A DNA stretch of 64,000 nt from Octopus vulgaris (Eukaryota), in NCBI GenBank assembly GCA_951406725.2, contig OX597821.1, forward strand, positions 95,480,001-95,544,000. The letters are read 5' to 3'. Numbering within the stretch: position 1 is the first letter of the stretch; every line of letters starts with the position of its first letter. This document shows positions 53,348 to 64,000 of this stretch, piece by piece. A model generated the notes under the pieces. The model worked only from the letters and a program-made list of their open reading frames with translations. It made no database searches and was not told the DNA's origin. A program made the translations under genes and the position numbers.

Positions 53348-55098
53348 TAGTGAGACAGGGGTACTGATAGTTGAAATGGAGTAGTAAGGGAGTACTTAGT
53401 ACTCCATTACAAATATCAGTATAATATAAACTGTTTACCCACAAGGCACTTGACCCTGGTTGTTTTTACTTCATGCATTAATATCCTTAAAAATGTTTTA
53501 CCCCGAAGGCCGCGGCCATGCTGGGGCACCACGGATGATTTTAAATTTGTGTGCAAATACAAGAAAACATATACTGAGAAATGTGGACATTGTTTCAATG
53601 TAGACAAACGTCGACGCCTAAGATATAAACTTACATTTACTTTTCAATGTCTGGGCCTTTACAGCTGAGTGATGATCATGACGATCACGAACCACTCAAC
53701 AATGAAACAGAGAAGGGAACTGACATTAATTGCATAGCTAAGCTAATGTGCTTTTATATTTTTGTTGTATTATCATATATCATTTCCATAATAAAAAAAA
53801 AAAAACTGGGCCAGGTCTAAAAATTGACAAGAGTACATCAACAAGACTATTAATGGAAACTTTGTTGAGAACAAAAAATTCAATCTTATCAATATAGAGG
53901 AATTCTATAGGTATTGCATACAACTTATGTCACAGAAATGACATCAGAAACCCAATGATAAAGTGTCAAATTTGTTTGTTTTCAAAATCACTCAAGTATA
54001 TTAAAAACTTTTATCTTTTATTTTTTACTTGTTTCAGCCATTGAACTGTAGCCATTTTGGCAAACTACCTTGAAGGGTGTTCAGTCAAATAAATTGAATC
54101 CAGTACTAAAGTTTTTTTAAGTCTGGTAATCATCCTATAGTCTCTTTTGCCAAACTGCTAACTTGTAGAGATAAACAAACCAACACCAGTTGTCAAGTGG
54201 TGGTGGTGGCAGTTACACACACACACGTATGTACACATACACAAAACAAGCTTTCATGGTACCAGGACGAAACCCCCCAGGATATTGTTCTTTCTTTCCA
54301 ATAAAAATATTGGAAAGTGAAAATAAAGAAAGTAAAATTTTACGAAAAACTTAAATATTCATCAGTTGATATTTTTGTTTAAAATTTGTCCAGGGAATTG
54401 TGTCCTGATACCGGCTTCCATACAGTTTCTGCCTATCAGATTTACTCACAAGGCATTGGTCAGCTCAGGCCTATAATAAAAGACATCTGCCCAAAGTGGC
54501 ATGCTATGGGACTGAACCTGAAAACAAATGTTTACAAAGTGAGCTTCTTAATCACATAGCCTTGCCTGTGTAAAAAAAGGCAAGTTACATCTTAAGTTCA
54601 TTCCTTCAGCATTCATCATAATATTGGTGTTAGATAATCTGATATATTTACACAAAGTAGTGTGTCCTGGTTTAGGTTTCACACTTTAGAATTCATTTTT
54701 ATATTGGTGGGTTGGATTGGATCACCTATGTTCAGTCTACTGCAAGACATAGGCCTCAACATGGTCTCTCCACCAACCACGGTCTGATGTGGAGACCATG
54801 AATTCAAGTTTGAGATCATACTGGTTTGATGAGCCTACTTTGCCACACTAGCTTGACATGGCTTGGCAGAGGGCTGCAGGTTGCATCCTCTTGCCCAGAA
54901 GTAGTTAAGCCAATGACATCAACCCCAGTGCTCCACTGGTACTTATTTTATCGACCCTGAGACAAAAAAGGCAAAGTCAACCTCAGTGGAATTTGAACTC
55001 AGACTGTAAAGATGGACGAAATTCCTCAAAGCATTTTGCCTGGTGTGCTAACAATTCTACCAGCTCATTGTCTACTTATATTGGTATTCATATAAGAA

Positions 55099-55330
55099 GG
55101 CGGCAAGCTGGCAGAAACGTTAGCACGCCGGGTGAAATGCATAGCCGTATTTCGTCTGCCGTTACGCTCTGAGTTCAAATTCCGCTGAGGTCGACTTTGC
55201 CTTTCATCCTTTCGGGGTCGATAAATTAAGTACCAGTTATGCACTGGGGTCGATATAATCGATTTAGTCCATTGTCTGTCCTTGTTTGTCCCCTTTGTGT
55301 TTAGCACCTTGTGGGTAGTAAAGAAATAGG
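55099..55330 (+). mobile_element. Third SINE family with central gcctttcatcctttcggggtcgataaa motif; many older copies (e.g. 36570-36785, 38095-38305, 54915-55065 minus)
   Basis: tggcagaa.. head, gagttcaaattcc B box, conserved central domain. Confidence 0.75.
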
Positions 55331-56207
55331 TATTCATATATAAATGCTGAAATAGGCAGCTCACTGCTTAGTGTTTGAAATCAAAATAGTGAGGTACTAG
55401 TCACTACAAAGCAACTAGGTTGGTGCTTTAGAATTTGATTCAATTTTCCCCCACTAATTCTTTGTGTGTGTTAATTGCTGTAGAAAAGAACAGTGTCGAT
55501 AATGGATTTATTTCTTATAAACAAGAAATAGCTCTACTGAATATCATACTTTGTTTCTTTTGTTTTTATGAAAATATTAGTACAGTACTTTGAACAGTAC
55601 CATTTCTATTTACCAACAGCTACAATTCTTACAGATACATGCAACTCGTGAATCCAATCCCAGCCTCTTATGCCACGTAAAGTTTAAAAGTTCTTATCAA
55701 TGATGTTCCTGATGCAATTGTGCTGCTATGTACATAGATCAGGTTAGTTGTCTGCATTAATGGTCAGTGTTCACATGTATTTTGTACTACAAAAATATCA
55801 CAGCCATCAAAATCTAAAAGATGTGTTATTTTCTCTGTGTGTGTGCATCTGAAGGAATAGTGTTTCAAATTCAAGATCCTGAACGTGGAAAAGATTAGGT
55901 GATGATGAAAATACACTTATATACACAAAACTACACGTCATATAATAAAACTTAAATACACATTTTCATGTATGAGACACTGAGCAGAATCAAACCCTGT
56001 ATCTGTTGCATACAGGACAACTATATTAGCTAATATACTAAAGTATTTCTAAAAGACTTCATGTGTATATGTGTATTCATTGATAATTGAAAATGGAAGT
56101 AATTACTGAAATTTGTTGATCCACTGTTACTATGCAGCTTCTTGCCACACGAAATCATTCAGGTGTCAAAATGTTTAAGGATGGATATATATATATATAT
56201 ATATATA

Positions 56208-56755
56208 CAGTAGTCTCTTGACTATAGCAGGTGTTATGTTTCCAAACCTGCCACAATAGGTGAAAATCCATGGAGTAGAAACAGTAATCATCATCATCGT
56301 TTAATGTCCATTTTCCGTGCTAGCACAGGTTGGACAGTTCGACCGGGGTCTGGGAAGCCAGGAGGCTGCACCAGGCTCCAGTCTGATCTGGCAGTGTTTC
56401 TACAGCTGGATGCCCTTCCTAACGCCAACCACTCTGTGAGTGTAGTGGGTGCTTTTTAAATGTCACTGGCACAGGTGCCAGGGGAGGCTGGCAGCAGCCA
56501 CAATCGGTTGGTGCTTTTTACGTGCCACCGGCACAGAAGCCAGTCAAGGCAGCGCTGGCATCGGCCACGTTCGGATGGTGCTTTTTACGTGCCACCGGCA
56601 CAGAAGCCAGGCAAGGTCAGAAGCCGTACTATATATTTTATTTTTATCATTTGTATATATTTTATTATAAATGCAAAACAACACAATGGAGGAATCAACA
56701 TAAGCTTAAATAATAAACCGTGATAGGGGAACCGCGATATGGTGAGGGATTACTG
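56208..56755. mobile_element. Tc1/mariner (pogo/Tigger-like) MITE interrupted by a LINE 3' fragment
   Basis: ta|cagtagtctct ... agggattactg|ta: TA target duplication and imperfect terminal inverted repeats. Confidence 0.65.
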
Positions 56756-56918
56756 TATATACACACATGTGTGAAAGAAGCAGTACAAGTGGGGAAAAAT
56801 ATGAAGAAGAAAGGCTGAAAAAGTAGTGAAATGATCTGCTGAAGAACACCTACCCATCTCCTGCAAACATGGATAAACAGACATTAAATGATGATGAAAT
56901 GAAAAGAGAAAAGCTTAC

Positions 56919-57045
56919 AATTATTTTCCAAGCTTTTCTGATTCCCATCTGACAGAGGTGTGGACCCAGTTTCTTTATCTGGAGCTGGTGACTCTGCACA
57001 GTTCTCCTTGTTATCTGGTGATACAGGACTGGATTCTTTTGTATC
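56919..57045 (-). CDS. ARFGEF1: BIG linker exon: DTKESSPVSPDNKENCAESPAPDKETGSTPLSDGNQKSLENN
   Basis: tttttacag| and |gtaagc, 127 nt, phase 0-1, open, hydrophilic low-complexity peptide. Confidence 0.75.
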
Positions 57046-58163
57046 CTGTAAAAACGAAAGACAATTTAGATGATTGCACACACGATATTTTTCCCCACTA
57101 TTTTTCATTTATTCTTCATACTTTTTCAAACCAAGATAGTACCAAACAAAACCTGAGGACATTTTAGGAGAAGACAACTAAAGATTCAGGATAATTTTGA
57201 GAGAGATCAAAAAAGTGTTCAACAAAAAGCAGGGCTGTACTTCATTGCTTTCTTTAATGTTCTGAGTTCAAATCCTACCAGGATCATGTCATCTTGCCAG
57301 AGTTGATAAATTATGTACCAGCAGTTTAATCAACTCTAACTTCTCTCTCTCAAATTTGTGACCTAGTAAGTGACTAATGAAGGCTAGTGGACTGCCAGAA
57401 CAATTACAATAATAGATTACATGCATTATGGTATTTAATAACATCACTTTGTTCAAATCCTGCAAGAGACCAACTTCACTATTCATCTTTCTGCAGTCCC
57501 AGTCAATTCTGTGGCTGTGTGACTTTAATTAAAAGTCATTAATCATTGTCCAATCCCAGGCAAAATTGAAATCATCATTTTTCCTCATTGTGACTTCATA
57601 GCAAAATCCATACCTGAACTCGGATTACATTTATGCATCCATTCCAAATAAATACAACTTTTTTATTTTTAATCTTTTTTTTCTTTGTATATTCTTTGCT
57701 TCAAAAACTCAGACAGCAATATTGACAAGAGTGACCATTATTATTGTTATGGCAGTGGATTAACAGAATTGCTACAGCATTAAAAAGAAAAGAAAAACAA
57801 AAGCCTTGTGGTGTTTGTTCCGGTTCTTTCCATTTTGAGTGTAAACCCCATCAAGGCCAACTTTTACTTTTCATCCCTTCAGGATTCATAAAAATAAAGT
57901 TTTACCATAACAGATGACAATGCCCCACCACAAGTTACTATAATAGACAGCATCCCCAAGGTTCACTACAAAAGATGACAGCATCCCCCAAGTGTCGCCA
58001 GAATAGATGACAGAGATCCAAAAATGCCATCTGTGTCAGAAATGTTGCAAGATGACTTCCTCACAAGGCAATTATTCTGCCAAGTTACTTCTCTATAATG
58101 ATAGTGATGCTTCATTAAATCAGTGCTTTCCTACAGGGCAATTGTCCTAAACATGACACTCAC

Positions 58164-58229
58164 CTCCAAATCAGATTCGTTTTTCTTTTCTGTTTTCGGG
58201 ATTTGTTTATCTTTCTGTTTCTCTTGATC
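58164..58229 (-). CDS. ARFGEF1: Duplicated 66-nt candidate exon, copy C: DQEKQKDKQIPKTEKKNESDLE
   Basis: tttgccag| and GAG|gtgagt, phase 0-0, open, compatible with exon 56919-57045. Confidence 0.7.
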
Positions 58230-59907
58230 CTGGCAAACAATATACATGCACATATATATATATATATATATATATCTTACTATCATCTATCTACATTGTT
58301 ATTCATCATTTTCTCATATTTCTCTCTCACTATCAGCAGCAATCTCACTCATTCACATTGCCCTTTCTCCTCTACCACTCACTGACAACCATCACTCTCT
58401 CTACCAACCCTCCAGTCTCTTTTCTCATGCCATCTCACCAAATGCTAAGCCAAACACACTGGATGTGCCCGGAAAGAGAGGATGTTACTTATATATAAAG
58501 CTTATTCTTTGCCTTGTTTATAGTCAATATCTTGATCAACAACCATCACTCACTTTATTCTACCTCCGTCTTCATATCACTCAAGTTCTCTTCTATCAGT
58601 CTTTCTTCAATCACCCTCAAGTGCTGGATCTATTCCCTTCTACAAAAGCAGTAAAGAAAAGAATGAACAGAGAAGTAAATTTCTTTAGTCTTGCTGAGAC
58701 AAAGACCACCTCTTCGATGCTGATGGAGACAACATTAAGAAAAATGTTTAAATTTGCCAGGAGAAAGATAACCTTTCTAGGGTTGGTGATATGACTAAAT
58801 GTGTCAAGAACACAAAATCTCGTGGTTGGTCATGAGCAGGGCATCCAGCTACAAAAATCATGTCAATAGATTCAGCATACAAGTCAAAAGAACAACTGAC
58901 TTGCACTGTGATACCATCAAACCAATGCCAGAATGTGAAAACTGACATAAAATTATGATGATGATGATATATATTATCATTGTTTAAAGTCTACCTTCCA
59001 TGCTGTCATGGGTTTGATGGTTTGACAAGAGCTGGCCAGGCAGGAGCCAGCACCAAACTTCTGTGTCTGCTAAGGCATGGTTTTTACAGCTGAAATATAT
59101 ATACACACATACACACGTTTGCTGTGTGTCAACATGTTTCCTTGAAGAGCTGTTGTGCATCTGCACCTAAATGTACTATGAACACCCACTGCAAAAAGAT
59201 GCAAATAGCCACAATGGTGAAACATGCCAAGAGAACAAATGGTATAAAGTGCATTTTGTGTTAATCTTTTTCATATATATATATATATATATATTCCCAC
59301 AAACAAATAAGTACACCTAATACATATTGTTGCCTTAAAAAACAATTCATTTCTCAATTTCTCACACTGTTTTATCATTTTTAATGATATTTACTATTTT
59401 AAATGAAATTATTTATTCCTGTTATACAGTTTGGATTTTAGTTCTGTAAAGTGAACTGCAACAAGTTAATAGAACAGATTAAATTTTAAGTTGTGTAGGC
59501 TGATTAGAGTGAAAAAAAATTGCAAATTATAATAATTATATGAAAAGTATGTAATTATATAATCTGTCTAGATTTCAATTTAACAGTTTTAAAGCTATAA
59601 AGAAGCTACTCATTTAAAGATTTATTGTTGTCACATAAACTTATAAGGTCAGTTACAAGCTAAGTGTCAGAAAATGAGAGGTATGTATTGTTATTAGCTG
59701 TTATATTACTGCATACTCATTTTATGCGAATCATATCTGCTGTGTTTTTGCACATCTTGTATATTTAATTAGTAGTTATTCAATGTGGAACATACTACAA
59801 AGTCTTGGTGGAAATAGGGTCAAGCATCTTCTTAGCTGTCACCTACAAGCCAAACCATGTATGTCTGTTTATTATTTCATTGCCTAAATGCATGATAGAA
59901 GTAGAAT

Positions 59908-59963
<56 letters not shown>

Positions 59964-60258
59964 TATTTGAGGGAATAAAATCCAAACTTACAAGGAAAAA
60001 GAATTCAATTTAGAAATACTAAATCAAATCCCACACAATATAATATATATAAAATATTAGAAAAAAATACCTTTTATCAATTCAAAATGAATAATTAAAT
60101 TACACAATCTAGAAAATTACATATAATAGAAAAGTTAAAATTAAAATAACATTAAAAAGTAATTTTAATTGTTATTTTAATTTTAACTTTTCTATTATAT
60201 GTAATTTTCGAGATGGTGTAATTTAATTATTCATTATGAATTGATAAAGCGGTTTTTC

Positions 60259-60298
<40 letters not shown>

Positions 60299-60980
60299 AT
60301 ATTTTAACTGATTCCTTCATTAAATATAAATTCAAGCAGATGTGTTAAATACAGAGCAAAATTTGCCAGAAAATTCAATAAAATAGTTCAGTTTTTTTTT
60401 CAATAAACAATTTTGGCTACCATTCTGAATTCAATATCTTCACGATTTGTGAATATGCTTTAAAAAATTCAAACAAAACAAAAAACAGCGCAGCACCCAT
60501 GAGCACTCAGAATTGTTGACACAACAGAGTGAAACAGCTTGTGTCAGTTACCAGCTCTCAGTACACTTCATCCTTCAAAACTCGATGCTTCAACATTATT
60601 CTTGATGTACCTATGCATGCTTTCCTCTTTGTGTTCCTTTTCTATCCTTTTGTCTTTTATTCTGTGTACTGTGAACATCTACCCTTTATTGATGTCTTCT
60701 TGGTTTTATGTATCCTTTCTGTCCCTTTTTTAACCTTTTCTTACACATAGTAATGTACCTGAGCACTACACACAAAAAGCTCATCATTAGTACACCAGTG
60801 TCTGCAAGAGTCACCACAAAAAATGAGAGAAGTTCAAAAATGTCTTCTGACCATATCAGATGTATTTTACAAGATGACCTCTCTATGATAGTTGTCCTAT
60901 CAGGTTACTTCTTTATAAAGAATAGTGATCCTAAAATCAGCAGTTTCCTATAGGTCAACTGTCCTAAACATGACACTCAC

Positions 60981-61046
60981 CTCTGAATCACATTCACTTT
61001 TCTTTCCTATTTTCAAGATTTGTTTATCTTTCTGTTTCTCTTGAGC
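60981..61046 (-). CDS. ARFGEF1: Duplicated 66-nt candidate exon, copy B: AQEKQKDKQILKIGKKSECDSE
   Basis: tttgccag| and GAG|gtgagt, phase 0-0, open. Confidence 0.6.
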
Positions 61047-61945
61047 CTGGCAAATAATATACATATCTTACTATCATCTACCTTTATTGCTATCCAACAC
61101 TCTGAAATGGGTGTGTTACATTATAAGGCACAAAAAGAAAATGACTCTCCCCAGACACAACAGACTCTGAAATGACTTTTTCCTCTATCACTCATTAATG
61201 ACAACCACCACTCACTCTCTCTCTCTGATGACTGTCACTTTTCTTCTACCACCTTATCTAATTCTATACCAAACACACAATTGTGGATGTACCTAAGATA
61301 GGATGTCAAGTAGTTATGTTTAAAACTCATTCTTTTGAGTTCTTTGTAGCTAATTTTCTGACCAAAAACCATGAAGCGGTTAACTATCACTCTCTCATTC
61401 TTTTTTCCAATACTCTCACTCACACCATTCTGATTCTCTTCCATTATCCTTTCTTCTTATCACCCTCACAACAATCATGCTTCTATTCAATATCCTTACC
61501 AACAACCATCATAAAGCTGTTACTCTTTCACTGTATTCTATTACCCTCTAGCTCTAGATTCAGTCTCATCTACTTATGCAGGAAAGAGAAGAATAAGCAG
61601 AGACTACAGGAAAGAGGTGACTCTCTAATGCTAATTAATCAACATTACGTAGAGAGGACTCTTTAATCTTTCCAGGACAAGACAACCTTTCTAGAGCTTA
61701 TATCATGATAAATTCACCAAGGACACACAATAAGGTGGTTGACCAATAATGTGAAAGAGCAAAGAAGTTTAGAAATTAGTCCAAAAAATTCAACATACAA
61801 AAAATGTAGTCTCTGATTAATCTAGCAAATCAGTAACTTGAAATAACGTCTGACTTCAACTGTAATGCCAACCAACCCTTGCCAGTGTGTAAAAACTGGC
61901 ATAAAATGAGATACATATATAGCTGTTTTTACATACACATAACTA

Positions 61946-61984
<39 letters not shown>

Positions 61985-63198
61985 GAAGGGCATCCAGCTG
62001 TAGAAAGCCTGCCAGATCAGATTGGAGGCTGGTGCAGCCATCTGGTTTGCCAGTCCTCAGTCAAATTGTCCAACCCATGCCAGCATGGAAAGCGGATGTT
62101 AAACGATGATGAAGATGATGCTGATACCAAGCCATCAGGCTAGCCTGAGCATATGTACTGCTTCATCCCAGTTATCGAAAATGCATGCGCTTCTTCCAGT
62201 CCTCCAATGAAACCCTCCTTTTCCATATTTTTACTCACAAAAACCTCAAGCAATCATAACACAAACTGGAAAATGCAGTTGAAAAGTATAACTAGCTTGC
62301 AAACAAGAAAGCTATAGTTTTATGATCATGCATATCACTGTTACCAGGCAAAATTTGAAATATTACACATCAAATTATGTGACAGGACATAACACCATAC
62401 AAAAACTCACACCCAACCTTCTCATGTATATCCGTCATCCTTCTTCATTCTAGGAGTGACCTCAATTGTTCTCTATATTACTCAGTTTATGGGTCTTTTA
62501 TTGGATTAAGAAATTTTGAATAAGTTAGTTGTGAAACCACCAATTTTACTACTACAAGTGTTTGATTACATTGCCTAGTGTATAGTACTGTTCCTGTTCA
62601 TATAAGCCTATAATAACAGTGACATACTAATGCCAGAAAGTGAGCGATATGCATAGTTAGTAGCTGCTACAGTTTCACATACACCATTTGAATCGTGTAT
62701 GTATATTGTATTATTGCACATATTGTATACTTTATTGACAGTTCCTTAATGTCAAACACTGTACAAACACTTAGTGGAAGAACCTGAATAGTGTAATTGA
62801 TAGTTGCCACCTGACAGTAACCAGGTGTGTCTTATGGTTATCTGTGTATTTCACTGCCCATGTGCACGAGGAGAAGAATTTGAATATATTATATATATTT
62901 GAATGATTTAAACAAACAACCATTTCATTAAATATACAGATATGGGGGTGGCTGAAGTGTCTAAAATTTTAAAAAATTCAATAAAACAGTTTATTTTTCT
63001 GATAAACAATTTTTCCGTAGTTTACTTTTACTCGATAAGACAGTGCCTGCAGATGAGCAATGATGCCCAAAATTGTCACCAGAATATGCTCGACATCTTG
63101 CAAGTCCTAGAACAGTGGTTCCAACAGGTCACTTTTTAGTGACCTTAAATGAAGCCAGTACTTGCCTACAGGTCAACTGTCCTAAACATGACACTCAC

Positions 63199-63264
63199 CT
63201 CCAAATCAGATTCACTTTTCTTTTCTGTTTTCTGACCTTGTTTGTCTTTCTGTTTCTCTTGATC
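63199..63264 (-). CDS. ARFGEF1: Duplicated 66-nt candidate exon, copy A: DQEKQKDKQGQKTEKKSESDLE
   Basis: tttgccag| and GAG|gtgagt, phase 0-0, open. Confidence 0.7.
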
Positions 63265-64000
63265 CTGGCAAACAATATACACATATAAATATATCTTACC
63301 ATCTACTACCTTTATTGCTTTCCTTTACTCTCTCACATTACTCTTTTCTAACACTCACTATTGACAATCATCCCGCGCTCTCAGCCAACCCTCTTGTGTC
63401 TCTCCTATTAATCTCTCTTCCCTCGTCATGCCACCTTAGTAAATTCCAAACCAAACATAATCGTTGTGGTGTGCCCAAGAGGATTGGATGTTAAATATTT
63501 GCAGTTAAATCTCACTTTTTGCTATTTCTATTCATCAGTTTCATAACCAACAACAGTCATAAGGCTGTCTATCACATTCTCATTCGCTTTTCTATTATAT
63601 ATATCTTCCATCATGCATATGCACATGTATGCAAAGCCTGCAGGCAAGATTTTATGAAGAAACTATCAGTTGCCTTTGGACACCAGTCTCTCCTCTCCAC
63701 AATATTAATGCTTATCTAAAAGAGAAACTTCCAACATGAGCCAATACATTTAGATATCAATGAAATCACAAGCGTTGCTGTCAGAACAGACTTCAAAATA
63801 CTGTGCCTAACAATCTAACAGTTCAATTGATCAACAGCCTTGGGCTTCTCTCTTTTCTCTTTTATACTTGTTTCAGTAATTTGACTGCGGCCATGCTGGA
63901 GCACCGCCTTTAATTGAGCAACTTGACCCCGGGACTTATTCTTTTTGTAAGCCCAGTACTTATTCTATTGGTCTCTTTTGTCGAACTGCTAAGTAACGGG

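Noticed and set aside
58246-58794. 182-aa plus-strand ORF, and the 127-aa ORF at 61283-61666
   Set aside because: No recognisable domain, and the frame is not preserved between the paralogous duplicated units.

Overview
AT-rich, repeat-dense eukaryotic genomic DNA. The repeat families resemble octopus/coleoid cephalopod repeats, but this is inferred. The whole window lies inside one minus-strand gene, a large Sec7-domain ARF-GEF of the BIG1/BIG2 (ARFGEF1/2, Sec71) family. I traced 23 GT-AG exons from 57045 down to 716 that join in one open frame (3383 nt), covering the linker, HUS region, Sec7 domain and HDS region; start and stop codons are outside the window. Upstream of these are three tandemly duplicated, intact 66-nt phase-0 exon-like units (58164-58229, 60981-61046, 63199-63264). 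Introns hold RTE and CR1-like LINE fragments, tRNA-derived SINEs, piggyBac-type MITEs, Helitrons, a Tc1/mariner-type MITE, a 1-kb minisatellite and several Penelope-like pieces. Three of the Penelope-like pieces carry hammerhead-ribozyme-like motifs with non-canonical cores. Most ORFs in the supplied track are spurious.
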